From: Candidatus Falkowbacteria bacterium | Lineage (GTDB): Bacteria; Patescibacteriota; Patescibacteriia; Patescibacteriales; UBA12465 | Length of the DNA stretch: 64,000 nucleotides | Assembly (NCBI GenBank): GCA_016432645.1 | Contig: CP066698.1 | Span: 197,062-261,061, forward strand | Direction of reading: 5' to 3' | Part shown: positions 8,981 through 18,319 of the stretch, piece after piece | Layout of the letters: every line of letters starts with the position of its first letter | Position numbering within the stretch: the stretch's first letter is position 1 | Position numbers and translations under genes: made by a program | The notes under the pieces: generated by a model | The model's input: only the letters and a program-made list of their open reading frames with translations | What the model was told of the DNA's origin: nothing | The model's database searches: none

Positions 8981-10423
8981 TTATAAGGCCTGCTGGATAC
9001 GCGCCAAAGTCTTCTCTTTACCGAGTGCCCAAGCGATTTCTAAGGGGCCGGGGCTATTTTTTTGCCCAGAAAGTGCATAACGCAACGGCCATAAATAATC
9101 ACCATTCTTTGCCCCCTGCTCCTTTATCCAGTTAAGAGTTAGGGTTTCTAATTTTTCTTTTTCCCAATCTGTTTCAGGCACTTTTTCCAGTAAATTCATT
9201 ATGGCGCGTAAATTATTTTGGGCGGTTTCTAAGGTCATTTCCTTCCAACATAAGGCTTGTTTATCATATTTCGGAAGCTGAAAGAAGAAGCCTAAAAATT
9301 CCGGGGCATCAGCTAATTTTTTCATTCTATCTTTTCCTAAGGCAACAAATTTTTCCAAACGGTCATCCGGCCCAAAGCCCGCCGCTTCTAAAATTGGCAG
9401 ACAAAGAGCGGCTAGTTTAGAATCGGATTTTTGGCGGATATAGTAACCGTTTAAATAATCAAGTTTTTCCGTATCAAAAACTGCCGGACTAGCGCCCATG
9501 CCATCTAGGGAAAACTCTTTTTCCAGCTCCGTTAAAGAGAAAATTTCTTGGTCATCTTTAGGATGCCAACCGAGTAAAACACAAAAATTAATCAGTGCTT
9601 CAGGTAAATATCCTTTATTTAAAAAGTCCTCCACAAAAACATCGCCTTTGCGCTTGCTTAATTTACCACCGCCCTCCTTATTTAAAATTAAAGGCATGTG
9701 GATAAATTTAGGCGGCGTCCAGCCGAAAGCTTGATAAAGCAAAATATTTTTAGGATATGACGCCAGCCATTCATCGCCGCGGGTCACATGAGAAATTTCC
9801 ATTAAATGGTCATCAATTACGTTCGCGAATTGGTAGGTAGGGATTTTATTTGATTTTATTAGCACTTGATCGTCTAAATCAGCTATGGAAAATTTGATGT
9901 CGCCGCGGATTTCGTCATGAACTACTACTTCGCCGTCAAGCGGCATTTTTTGGCGGATAACAAATTTTTCTCCTTTTTGAGCGCGTTCTTCTGATTCTTG
10001 AGTGCTTAAACTACGACAGCAGCGGTCATAGCGCGGCGGCTGCTTGGCCGCTTCTTGAGCGGTGCGCATTTCCGTTAATCTTTCTTCCGTACAAAAACAA
10101 CGGTAAGCGGCGTCCTTTTTTAATAACTCGGCAGCATACTTATCATAAGTTTCCTGGCGTTCGGTTTGAATATAAGGACCATAGGTTCCCCCGATATGCG
10201 GTCCTTCGTCAAAACTGATTCCAACTTTTTTTAACACTTCAATCAATTTTTCGGTAGCGCCTTCAACTTCCCTTTTTTGATCAGTATCTTCAACCCGAAG
10301 GATAAATTTTCCACCCCAACTTTTAGCCAGTAAATATCCAAAAAGGGCGGCGCGCAGGCTGCCAATATGTAAAAATCCGGTTGGCGAAGGAGCAAATCTT
10401 AATCTGATGTTATCATTAGTCAT
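8981..10423 (-). CDS. gltX: glutamyl-tRNA synthetase
   Basis: RFAPSPTGFLHIGSLR (HIGH motif) and KLSKRK (KMSKS motif). Confidence 0.92.
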   Translation of the reverse strand: MTNDNIRLRFAPSPTGFLHIGSLRAALFGYLLAKSWGGKFILRVEDTDQKREVEGATEKLIEVLKKVGISFDEGPHIGGTYGPYIQTERQETYDKYAAELLKKDAAYRCFCTEERLTEMRTAQEAAKQPPRYDRCCRSLSTQESEERAQKGEKFVIRQKMPLDGEVVVHDEIRGDIKFSIADLDDQVLIKSNKIPTYQFANVIDDHLMEISHVTRGDEWLASYPKNILLYQAFGWTPPKFIHMPLILNKEGGGKLSKRKGDVFVEDFLNKGYLPEALINFCVLLGWHPKDDQEIFSLTELEKEFSLDGMGASPAVFDTEKLDYLNGYYIRQKSDSKLAALCLPILEAAGFGPDDRLEKFVALGKDRMKKLADAPEFLGFFFQLPKYDKQALCWKEMTLETAQNNLRAIMNLLEKVPETDWEKEKLETLTLNWIKEQGAKNGDYLWPLRYALSGQKNSPGPLEIAWALGKEKTLARIQQAL

Positions 10424-10426
10424 ATA

Positions 10427-11152
10427 TTATTGATGTTTTTTAAAAAGTATTTTAGTCATAAAAACAAAAGTCGCTCGATATATTCTTCCTAAACGTTTAG
10501 GTTGTTTTCCTAGGCGCCATAGCCATTCCAAGCCGGCGGCGCGCATAATTTTTGGCGCGCGTTTAGCTCGGCCGCTAATGAAATCGAAAGTGCCGCCAAC
10601 GCCGATAGCGAAGCGAACGCTGGGCCAATTATTTTTATTATTAAAAATGATTTTTTCTTGATAAGGAAAACCTAAAGCAGTAAAGACAATTTCTGGAGCA
10701 AAATCAGTGAGCATTTTTTGTTCCTCTGGTTCCAAATTAACGGCTCGAGGGGCATTGATAACTAAAAAATTAAGTTCCGGATATTTTTTGTTTAAAGCCG
10801 CTTTAATTTCTTCTCGGCTGGACAGGCCTTTTTCCCAGTTGATAATCACCACTTTTTTATTTTTCTCCGCGGCTAGTTTTAGTATTTTTAAACTAAAATC
10901 GGAACCGGTAATTCTCGTGATTTTTTGCTTGCTTAGCCAGCCCGCAATTTTTAGTCCGAAGCCGTCGGCCAAACTTAAGTCGGCGCGGTTTAAAATTTGC
11001 CAAAAATCAGTATCAATTTGCGCCCGTAAAATTATTTCCGGATTTGGAGTCACGGCGTAATGAAAGGAGCTACCATTTAAAAATTCCTCCACCTTTTTTA
11101 GGGCTGATTTTTCATTTTCGGCGCTTAAATTTATTCCCAAAATATCAGGCAT
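10427..11152 (-). CDS. WecB/TagA/CpsF family glycosyltransferase
   Basis: Family-typical C-terminus GLEWLWRL...PKRLGRIY and overall length. Confidence 0.8.
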   Translation of the reverse strand: MPDILGINLSAENEKSALKKVEEFLNGSSFHYAVTPNPEIILRAQIDTDFWQILNRADLSLADGFGLKIAGWLSKQKITRITGSDFSLKILKLAAEKNKKVVIINWEKGLSSREEIKAALNKKYPELNFLVINAPRAVNLEPEEQKMLTDFAPEIVFTALGFPYQEKIIFNNKNNWPSVRFAIGVGGTFDFISGRAKRAPKIMRAAGLEWLWRLGKQPKRLGRIYRATFVFMTKILFKKHQ

Positions 11153-11212
11153 ATGTTATAATATCAATGTTCTAATTTTATTATAAAAAAAGCCTTTAGT
11201 CAAAGCGGATTT

Positions 11213-12178
11213 ATGCCACATTATAAAAAAATCTCCGATCGTATCGAGGAGCTAAAAATCGACAATCCTCGCAATGAAAACTCCGGTTTGCGTTGGTTAA
11301 ATATTGTTAACGCCAGCAAACAGGAAATAAATTATCTTCGTAAAAATTATAATTTTGATTTAGGCCATTTACGCTCTACGGCCGCTTCAGTCTTATCGCA
11401 ACGGCCGCTAATTTTTCGCGGCGGCCGATATCTTTTTTTAATCCTTCATTTTCCGGCCGTAGAAAATGGTAAAGTTATCTCGGGCGAGGTTGATTTTTTT
11501 GTCGGCCATAATTTTTTAGTTACGGCTCATAACAATAATCTTCCGGCCTTGGCGCAATTTTTTAATATTGGTAAAAAAGATCCGGATTCTCTGCTCTCTT
11601 TTTCTTCAGAATCATCCGCGGTTTTGCTCTATGAAATTTTAGGGCGTTTAATAGACGACTGCTACCGCCTACTAGACGATAATAGTTTAGAAATCAAAGC
11701 GGTTGAAGATTTAATTTTTTCCGGCGATCAAAAAAAGGCGGTTGAAAAAATCTTATTATTGCGCCGCAACATTATTAACATCCGCAAGATAATGCAGAAT
11801 CATAAAAATATTTTGAAAGAGCTGACTAAAATGGATAGCAGTTTGGTGGATAGAGTAGCAATTAAAAAATATTATGAGAGCCTAGTTGAAGATTCCAAGC
11901 GTCTCTGGGAAACTCTGGATAATCAAAAAGAAATGATTGAAGTCCTAAATAATACTAACGAATCGCTTTTAAATGATCAGATGAATTCCATTATGAAGAC
12001 CTTAACCATTTTTTCGGTTATTGTTTTTCCTTTAACTTTGTTGGCGGCTATTTTCGGTATGAATGCCGTTAATATGCCATTCGTTAATCATAAATATGGC
12101 TTCTGGATAATTATTGGCATCATGCTTATTGGTAGTTTTTTTATGATGATGTTTTTCAAACGCAAGCGCTGGCTCTAA
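11213..12178 (+). CDS. corA: CorA-family magnesium/cobalt transporter
   Basis: Two C-terminal TM helices with the GMN signature (IFGMNAVNMPF). Confidence 0.85.
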   Translation: MPHYKKISDRIEELKIDNPRNENSGLRWLNIVNASKQEINYLRKNYNFDLGHLRSTAASVLSQRPLIFRGGRYLFLILHFPAVENGKVISGEVDFFVGHNFLVTAHNNNLPALAQFFNIGKKDPDSLLSFSSESSAVLLYEILGRLIDDCYRLLDDNSLEIKAVEDLIFSGDQKKAVEKILLLRRNIINIRKIMQNHKNILKELTKMDSSLVDRVAIKKYYESLVEDSKRLWETLDNQKEMIEVLNNTNESLLNDQMNSIMKTLTIFSVIVFPLTLLAAIFGMNAVNMPFVNHKYGFWIIIGIMLIGSFFMMMFFKRKRWL

Positions 12179-12195
12179 AATCTATTTTTGGGTAA

Positions 12196-12240
12196 GAAAA
12201 AACCGCCTTTTGGTTTTTTGTGAAAAAAAGGCGGTTTTTG
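12196..12240. terminator. bidirectional terminator (corA / lipoprotein gene)
   Basis: AAAACCGCCTTTT...AAAAGGCGGTTTTT. Confidence 0.75.
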
Positions 12241-12279
12241 TAAACGCCCTTTTTCTTAATTGGGCGTCTACAGACGAGA

Positions 12280-13485
12280 TCACTGTTTCAAAATTGTGAA
12301 ACGGAGCTCTTTAAAAGGTTCGTTGTAGTAGGCAGATTTTGACATCTGCGAGAAATCAGGGGTTTTATTGGCAATAACATTGCCGAATCTAAGCGAGCTT
12401 AGGGCGTTGAGCACCTGGGCTTCGTTAAATTCGGCTTTTCCATAATTTGGAAAATCTGTTACTGCTGTTAAGGCGATTGGAGTTCCCCAAACACCTGTTT
12501 CCTGATCTTTAATTTGGACAAATGGAGTAAGAGCGCTAAAGGTATTATTTAGCTTAAAGAAGACGGTAAATTTACCATTAGCTAATGTGTAGCGGAATAC
12601 CCCTTCACCGGAATCTCCTCCCATACCAGGAACTAAGGCTACTGGGGCAACATAACCGTCGCCGAGCGGAGTGATTGTCGAGTTCGGGTTAACCTTAAAC
12701 TCTATTATGCCAACATTTTTACTGGCAGTAACAAAAGTCGATCCTGACCAATCAGCCCAAGCAAAGTTTCCGGTTCCGTCAGCTTTTTCAAATTCACCAA
12801 CAGCCATTGCATAATCCCTGGCCAAAAGGTCGCGTTTAATGGCAATATATTTGCCAACATCAGCACCAGCAGAAGCTGGTAAACCGTTTTGAATGATGTA
12901 GTTAGCATCCAGAGTTGGAACTTTGGCTCCAGTTAACCATAATGACAAATTGTCATCGTTAAAGTTGCCGCTATATCCATAAACAGTTTTGTTGGCAAAC
13001 CTTTCCTTGGATAACAAGATAATAACATTATACCTTGTGTAGCCAGTCCAGGTGCCGGTAGCAACCTGATAACTGCCAGTGATATAAACTTTCACTGGAT
13101 CATAGGGAGACATGTCCCGAACAACCTTAACGGTAAAATTTCGGCTTTCGGTGGCTCCGCTTTGAAAAGTAGCGGTAACCTGTACAGCAACGTCACCCAG
13201 GGTGGCAAATTTGTGAGTAATGTTTAAACCCGTGTAACTGTTGCCTTCAACAGTCCAGGTCGCGTTGTTAAGCGGATTAGCGGTGTTAGTAGAAACTAAC
13301 GTCACGCCAGTGCTAACGTCCAGTTGGACATAAACATTTCCTCCGGAAATAAGCGCGCCCTTGAGCATCAGCTGGCTTTCTTTGGCGCCAGTTTCGATCT
13401 GACCCTCAGGGTCAAATTCAACAAATTCGCATGCTGTAAAAAAAATCGTTGCGAATAGCACAATAAACAATTTCAACTTTTTCAT
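12280..13485 (-). CDS. lipoprotein, PKD-like N-terminal domain plus unknown domains (401 aa)
   Basis: Lipobox FFTAC. Paralog of the next gene (VVRDMSPYDPVKVYI / VVKDMSPYEPVKIFV; LLSKER; NYIIQNGLPASAGADVGKY / NYVIKDGLPSQATGEVGKY). Confidence 0.7.
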   Translation of the reverse strand: MKKLKLFIVLFATIFFTACEFVEFDPEGQIETGAKESQLMLKGALISGGNVYVQLDVSTGVTLVSTNTANPLNNATWTVEGNSYTGLNITHKFATLGDVAVQVTATFQSGATESRNFTVKVVRDMSPYDPVKVYITGSYQVATGTWTGYTRYNVIILLSKERFANKTVYGYSGNFNDDNLSLWLTGAKVPTLDANYIIQNGLPASAGADVGKYIAIKRDLLARDYAMAVGEFEKADGTGNFAWADWSGSTFVTASKNVGIIEFKVNPNSTITPLGDGYVAPVALVPGMGGDSGEGVFRYTLANGKFTVFFKLNNTFSALTPFVQIKDQETGVWGTPIALTAVTDFPNYGKAEFNEAQVLNALSSLRFGNVIANKTPDFSQMSKSAYYNEPFKELRFTILKQ

Positions 13486-13551
13486 CTTTCTCTTGACCTA
13501 TACCTGGTCCAGGTTTTTGTTAAACAATTAAAAATACTAATTAAATCTTTT

Positions 13552-14394
13552 TTAATCTCCTAAGGGGGTTATGGTCCCGTCAACGTTTAGCCGAAATCTT
13601 ATCAGCCAAAAGTTAGTGCTGCTGGTTTTAATAAACTTAGAACCAGTAAAATCGCCGTAGGCAAAAAGCATTTTGTCTTTATCCTGAAACGCGCCGGCAT
13701 ACATGCGATATTCACGCGGCAGCAGTTGCAGGTGGGCGGCAAAATATTTTCCGACTTCGCCGGTAGCTTGGCTTGGTAAGCCATCTTTAATGACGTAATT
13801 TTCAGCGTCAGTAGTCACAGGGATAACTGGTCCCCAAGTTTCCATATCGAAACTCGGATTATAGTCATCAAATGAGCCCCAATAACCGTAGCCGAAACCG
13901 ACATTCTTCGTGCGTTCTTTGGAAAATAACATTAGTATATTCCAACGCGTTTGGCCTTCAAATTGAAAACCTTCATCAAAGGGTAGATAATTTCCTTTAA
14001 TAACAAAGATTTTCACAGGTTCATAAGGACTCATGTCCTTAACAACGCTAACCGTAAAGTCAGCTGCCAGCTTTGAGCCGTCTCCTAAAGTGGCCTTGGC
14101 ATGGATGGTGACATCTCTGATGGTTTTGAATATGTGGGTAACTGTTAAGCCGGTATAAACCGAGTCCTCAATCGCCCAATCAATATTCGTCACTGCGTAG
14201 CCATCGCGGGCTACTAGCGTAATAATTGTTTGTACGTCTTTTTGGACGTACTGCCAATTATTAACCATAATTCCGGCCTTTAGGGTTAATTCCCCGTCTG
14301 TCGCTGCTCGCACTTCTGCTAAGCCAGGATCATAATCAACATAATTACAGCTACTAAAAATAGCGGCTATAATAATAATTAGAACTTTTTTCAT
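13552..14394 (-). CDS. lipoprotein, shorter tandem paralog (280 aa) of 12280-13485
   Basis: Lipobox IFSSC. Collinear similarity that stops at ...TITPLGD, where the longer paralog continues for ~125 aa more. Confidence 0.7.
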   Translation of the reverse strand: MKKVLIIIIAAIFSSCNYVDYDPGLAEVRAATDGELTLKAGIMVNNWQYVQKDVQTIITLVARDGYAVTNIDWAIEDSVYTGLTVTHIFKTIRDVTIHAKATLGDGSKLAADFTVSVVKDMSPYEPVKIFVIKGNYLPFDEGFQFEGQTRWNILMLFSKERTKNVGFGYGYWGSFDDYNPSFDMETWGPVIPVTTDAENYVIKDGLPSQATGEVGKYFAAHLQLLPREYRMYAGAFQDKDKMLFAYGDFTGSKFIKTSSTNFWLIRFRLNVDGTITPLGD

Positions 14395-14467
14395 GCTTGA
14401 GTCCTCCTCTGGTCTCTTATTTTGATTAAATTATTAACGAACTAAAAATGTTTAACTAAATCTTAAA

Positions 14468-15556
14468 CTATTTTTTGTAAATTTTAAGGGTGTCTTCGGA
14501 AATTTTCTCCCAGTTGAACAGACTAACCGCCCGTTCTTTAGCTTTTACGCCCAGTTCAGTCATCTTATCTTCATGCTCGAAAGCATAAATTAACTTATTT
14601 CTTAAATCATCTTTATCTTTTTGTCTGAAATATAAAGCGGTTTCACCGGTCGCTTCCTGATTAGCGGGAATGTCACTGACGATACAAGGCAAACCGTGAG
14701 CCATCGCTTCCAGTAAAGAAATTGATAGGCCTTCCATTTCTGAAGACTGTATAAAATATTTAGCCTGGCTATAAAGTTGATTTAAAACTTCCCCGCTTTG
14801 ATTGCCGGTAAAGACAATACGCGGATCATTGCCGGCCAGTTTTTCCAGCTCTTCGCGATATTCACCATCGCCGACAATCGCCAATTTAATATCATAAGTC
14901 GGCAACTCTTTTAAGGCGGCAATTAGATATTGGATGCCTTTTAATTTAATGATTCGAGAAACGCTGACTAAATATTTTTTAGGTTCTAATCCAAAACGTA
15001 ATAAATAATTAATTTCACTGTTGTTTTCAATATAAGCCCCGTTAGGAATAATGGAACTTTCTTTGCCATGTTTCTGTAATAAGTAATCGTGCATCAAGTC
15101 AGTTAAAACAATTACTTCATGAGCATAGCGGCTCATGCTTCTTTCGCCGCGCTTTAACATAAACTTAGCGAAGCGCCCCCATTTTTCGTTGCCATAATCA
15201 AAGCTGTGCAGAGTGGCGACAACTTTTATTTTTGAAGCAAAAACTCTTGGTATCCAGGCTAGTAAGCAAGGACCGATACCGTGATAATGCATCACGTCAA
15301 CTTTCCGTCTCATCGCGTCCAGCGTTGCTAAAAAGCTATGAGTAATTGCCGCTAAGTTTTTTTGATTTATGTAAGGTAAATGGACGAGCGTTACGCCTTC
15401 CCACTTATTTATTTTTTCTGGTAAGTACCCTTGACGATTATAAACAATTACCTGTTCTCCTTTTTTCGCCAAAAACATCGCCAAATTCTCTACGTGGCGG
15501 TCAACTCCTCCATTTTGAGCGGGGATTCCCTTTTGTCCGATAAAGGCGATTTTCAT
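14468..15556 (-). CDS. GT4-family glycosyltransferase
   Basis: MKIAFIGQKGIPAQNGGVDRHVENL N-terminus and the E(x7)E-type C-terminal GT-B signature (SSEMEGLSISLLEAMAHGLP). Confidence 0.8.
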   Translation of the reverse strand: MKIAFIGQKGIPAQNGGVDRHVENLAMFLAKKGEQVIVYNRQGYLPEKINKWEGVTLVHLPYINQKNLAAITHSFLATLDAMRRKVDVMHYHGIGPCLLAWIPRVFASKIKVVATLHSFDYGNEKWGRFAKFMLKRGERSMSRYAHEVIVLTDLMHDYLLQKHGKESSIIPNGAYIENNSEINYLLRFGLEPKKYLVSVSRIIKLKGIQYLIAALKELPTYDIKLAIVGDGEYREELEKLAGNDPRIVFTGNQSGEVLNQLYSQAKYFIQSSEMEGLSISLLEAMAHGLPCIVSDIPANQEATGETALYFRQKDKDDLRNKLIYAFEHEDKMTELGVKAKERAVSLFNWEKISEDTLKIYKK

Positions 15557-15643
15557 AATATATATTTTTTAGGACTAATTATTATACAATTATTAATTTT
15601 ATTTGTCAAGGTTATAATATCATATTTTTAAAATATTGTCAAT

Positions 15644-15682
15644 AATAAAAAAGCCCCCGGAATGAATAATCCCAGGGGCAAG
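15644..15682 (-). terminator. intrinsic terminator after the 15707-16444 gene
   Basis: On the minus strand: GCCCCTGGG...CCGGGGGC plus T-run. Confidence 0.6.
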
Positions 15683-15706
15683 CAATTTAGCTATTATTAG
15701 CTATTT

Positions 15707-16444
15707 TTATCTTCTTTGAGTCTTGAATATCCAATATCCATCCTCAAGAGTCATGTCCTTGGCCATCCAAGAGGTATATGGACATTTAATGCGAAGCGGA
15801 GCTTCAAAGGATAGGCCGCCGGCTTTAAGTGATTGCTGAATCAAGTTATCAGAAACATAGAAGGTTCCGTCAACCGTGACTCCATAATCACCATCGTAGA
15901 ATTCTGTGGGTTCAACTCTCCAGTTGTACCCTTTGATTTCATTGTCTTCCGGTGCCTTAGAAAACATTACACCATGTTGCATGGCGTAGTGAGGAAAATA
16001 ACAATCCTCCCTGTTATTAGCCTGCGCACAGAAGATGATGTCTTTACCTTCTCTGAGGTAATCAAGGTTAGCTTTACCGCCAACAGCATCACTGACGAAT
16101 TTAGTGCTGGTGGGGGCGGCCGGGACAGTCGCTGATTTAGTGACAACCGGAGTTGTGGCTTTCTGAGTAGCTGAAGTACTCGTTTTTTTAACCGTAGTGG
16201 TTGTCTTTTTTGCGGCCGGTAATTTACCTTCGCAACATTCTAAGTCAGCAGTCAGGGTCGCATTATTCGCGGTTAAGGTTGTTACCTGACTTTGTAAGTC
16301 AGTTACCTGCGCTTGCAGACTGCGTATTTGCGCGGATTTTTCCGGGCAAGGATCGGTGGTGGCTGTGTTGTTATCGCCACAACTGTAAAGAAAAATGGCG
16401 CTCAAGGCAAAGAGCGTAACCATAAAGATAAAAAAATTTTTCAT
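15707..16444 (-). CDS. lipoprotein with coiled-coil, Thr-rich linker and unknown C-terminal domain
   Basis: Lipobox FLYSC. SLQAQVTDLQSQVTTLTANNATLTADL heptads. KKTTTTVKKTSTSATQKATTP linker. Confidence 0.6.
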   Translation of the reverse strand: MKNFFIFMVTLFALSAIFLYSCGDNNTATTDPCPEKSAQIRSLQAQVTDLQSQVTTLTANNATLTADLECCEGKLPAAKKTTTTVKKTSTSATQKATTPVVTKSATVPAAPTSTKFVSDAVGGKANLDYLREGKDIIFCAQANNREDCYFPHYAMQHGVMFSKAPEDNEIKGYNWRVEPTEFYDGDYGVTVDGTFYVSDNLIQQSLKAGGLSFEAPLRIKCPYTSWMAKDMTLEDGYWIFKTQRR

Positions 16445-16481
16445 GATCAGTAATTTTTATTAAGTTCAACAATGTAAATAG

Positions 16482-17369
16482 TTATCTTCTGATATTAAAC
16501 GGCATCAAATTGATGCCAAATACGAATTGCCCGCTGTTTAAATTGGGCTCAAAGCTACCAGTCTGTTGCTTCCAAAAGCAATAGATAGATAAAAAGTCAT
16601 CCCAACCGCGTTTTTTAAGCGCAATTTCCGGACCGGCAGATAACCATTGGCTGTCATCGCCAACGTAGTGATGATAACCAATCATAATCTTTGGCTCCAC
16701 TAAAGTGTTGCCGCGACCGATTTGTAAAATGCTTTGTTTTATCTCAGCACCGAAAGCTGATTTATTCCAAATCATTGACTCCTTAATGGGAGCGTCATTC
16801 CAAAAGGAAGTTTTCTCCGATTTAATCGGTTTTTGATAGGTTAGCTTAAGCTGCGAGCGCGGTAAAAGATTCTCTCTAATGCCGAAAGCCTTTAACAAGT
16901 TAATGTTAAGTTCTCCGGATAAAATTAAATCTTCTTGCTTTGCATCGTAGACGCCGAGTTCATGATTTGGTTGCACACTTTTACCAGTGCCATTATCTCT
17001 GACACTTTTAAGCATCAAATTAGCACCGAAGTAGCCGGAATATTTCTGAGTCAAAAACTCAGACCATTTCCCGCCAGCGAGTCCAATTCCCATTTCATCA
17101 GAGCTGCCATCATAGCGGCTCAAAGTTGTGTTGCTTTTGAAGTAAACGCGATCACCGACCGCACAAAATCCGAGCAACCAACCAGTTTCGGTTTTAATCG
17201 GCATGTAGTCTATATAGGCTCCATACCAGTAACCGTTGTTATTAGCATTCTGCTGGGCAGCGTAGCCACCGGCAAACAGAGACAAATTCACGCGTTCGCG
17301 GAACTGTCCAAAAACTGAGCCGACAACCAAAGTGGTCATCAAGGCCAACAAAAAAAGAGATTTTCTCAT
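16482..17369 (-). CDS. predicted transmembrane beta-barrel (porin/OMP-like) protein
   Basis: Signal peptide (..VGSVFG|QF). About 12-14 amphipathic alternating strands rich in G/Y/aromatics. Last strand QFVFGINLMPF near the C-terminus. Confidence 0.5.
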   Translation of the reverse strand: MRKSLFLLALMTTLVVGSVFGQFRERVNLSLFAGGYAAQQNANNNGYWYGAYIDYMPIKTETGWLLGFCAVGDRVYFKSNTTLSRYDGSSDEMGIGLAGGKWSEFLTQKYSGYFGANLMLKSVRDNGTGKSVQPNHELGVYDAKQEDLILSGELNINLLKAFGIRENLLPRSQLKLTYQKPIKSEKTSFWNDAPIKESMIWNKSAFGAEIKQSILQIGRGNTLVEPKIMIGYHHYVGDDSQWLSAGPEIALKKRGWDDFLSIYCFWKQQTGSFEPNLNSGQFVFGINLMPFNIRR

Positions 17370-17467
17370 TGTTTATTTAATTTGATTGTTAATGTTCGTT
17401 TTTTAAAGCGTTTATAGTTAGAAATATATAATTCTAGCTATAAAAATAATCAAAAGATTATCAAGAT

Positions 17468-17496
17468 AGCATACACTATTTTTTAAAATCTGTCAA
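17468..17496 (-). promoter_or_regulatory. sigma70-type promoter TTGACA-N17-TATGCT for the beta-barrel gene
   Basis: Hexamers read on the minus strand at 17496-17491 and 17473-17468. Confidence 0.55.
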
Positions 17497-17513
17497 GTTA
17501 ATAAGTCTATAAA

Positions 17514-17552
17514 ATAAAAAGAGCCCTCAAATTGTGGGTTCGAGGGCTTTTT
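17514..17552 (-). terminator. intrinsic terminator after the 17579-18109 gene
   Basis: AGCCCTC-loop-GAGGGCT flanked by A/T runs. Confidence 0.65.
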
Positions 17553-17578
17553 GACGGGCTAAGCGCTTATAGGTTTAC

Positions 17579-18109
17579 CTATTTAAGTTGGAAAACCAAC
17601 GCTTCTTCGCCGCCAATGGTGGCACTTTGCATTTCTACTGGAGCCCAGCCGGTTTGATCGCATTTAGTGGCACATGATTGTGTCATTCCCCATTTTTTAA
17701 GGAAGGCCATTTTGGCGTAAATACGGCCATCTAACAGGACGCCAACATCTTTGCTTTCGTCGGAAGACGGTTTCATAACCCAGTTTTTACCGGTTCTGTC
17801 GCTATTCCAAAAAATTTCTGGACCGTCTGTCCCCATTAACATTGGAATATGGCCATTTTGCCGGCCGTCAATTTGAAGACAGAATTCAGTTGCTCCATCT
17901 GGTCGAGGAGTAGCTGGGGCAGAAATGCCGGGAGCGGCAGAATTGCCGGGCTGCACAATCATCGTGCTTGGATCAGTTGCGGTTGCAACTCCGTTGTTTG
18001 CTGGGCGAAATAGCACAATTACGATCAGGGCTATAATCACCAGGAACAAAAAAACTGTGAACCACTTAGCTTTAAGCCAGGTGATTGCATTAATCATCGA
18101 TACTCTCAT
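17579..18109 (-). CDS. membrane-anchored exported hypothetical protein
   Basis: N-terminal TM helix, P/A-rich linker, ~110-aa globular C-terminus. No recognisable family. Confidence 0.5.
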   Translation of the reverse strand: MRVSMINAITWLKAKWFTVFLFLVIIALIVIVLFRPANNGVATATDPSTMIVQPGNSAAPGISAPATPRPDGATEFCLQIDGRQNGHIPMLMGTDGPEIFWNSDRTGKNWVMKPSSDESKDVGVLLDGRIYAKMAFLKKWGMTQSCATKCDQTGWAPVEMQSATIGGEEALVFQLK

Positions 18110-18155
18110 GATACTGAAATTTAAGTTAGAAACTAATTGTTAAAGAAATATATTT

Positions 18156-18276
18156 ATTCAAGGTATGGAAATAGTTTTTTAAGCGACTATTTTTTCGTAA
18201 AGCAAAAATTAATGTTAGTTAATTTTTGCCCCAGAAAAAATCCGGAGCGATAAAAAATTATTTCTATACCTTGAAT
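18156..18276. repeat. long inverted repeat: 26-nt arms (18156-18181 / 18251-18276) around a ~69-nt spacer
   Basis: Pairing checked base by base. The only two non-Watson-Crick positions are G:T as read on the + strand. Confidence 0.7.
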
Positions 18277-18319
18277 GGTTTTTAATTTTTAAATAAAAAT
18301 TTATTTTTAATTTTTCAAT

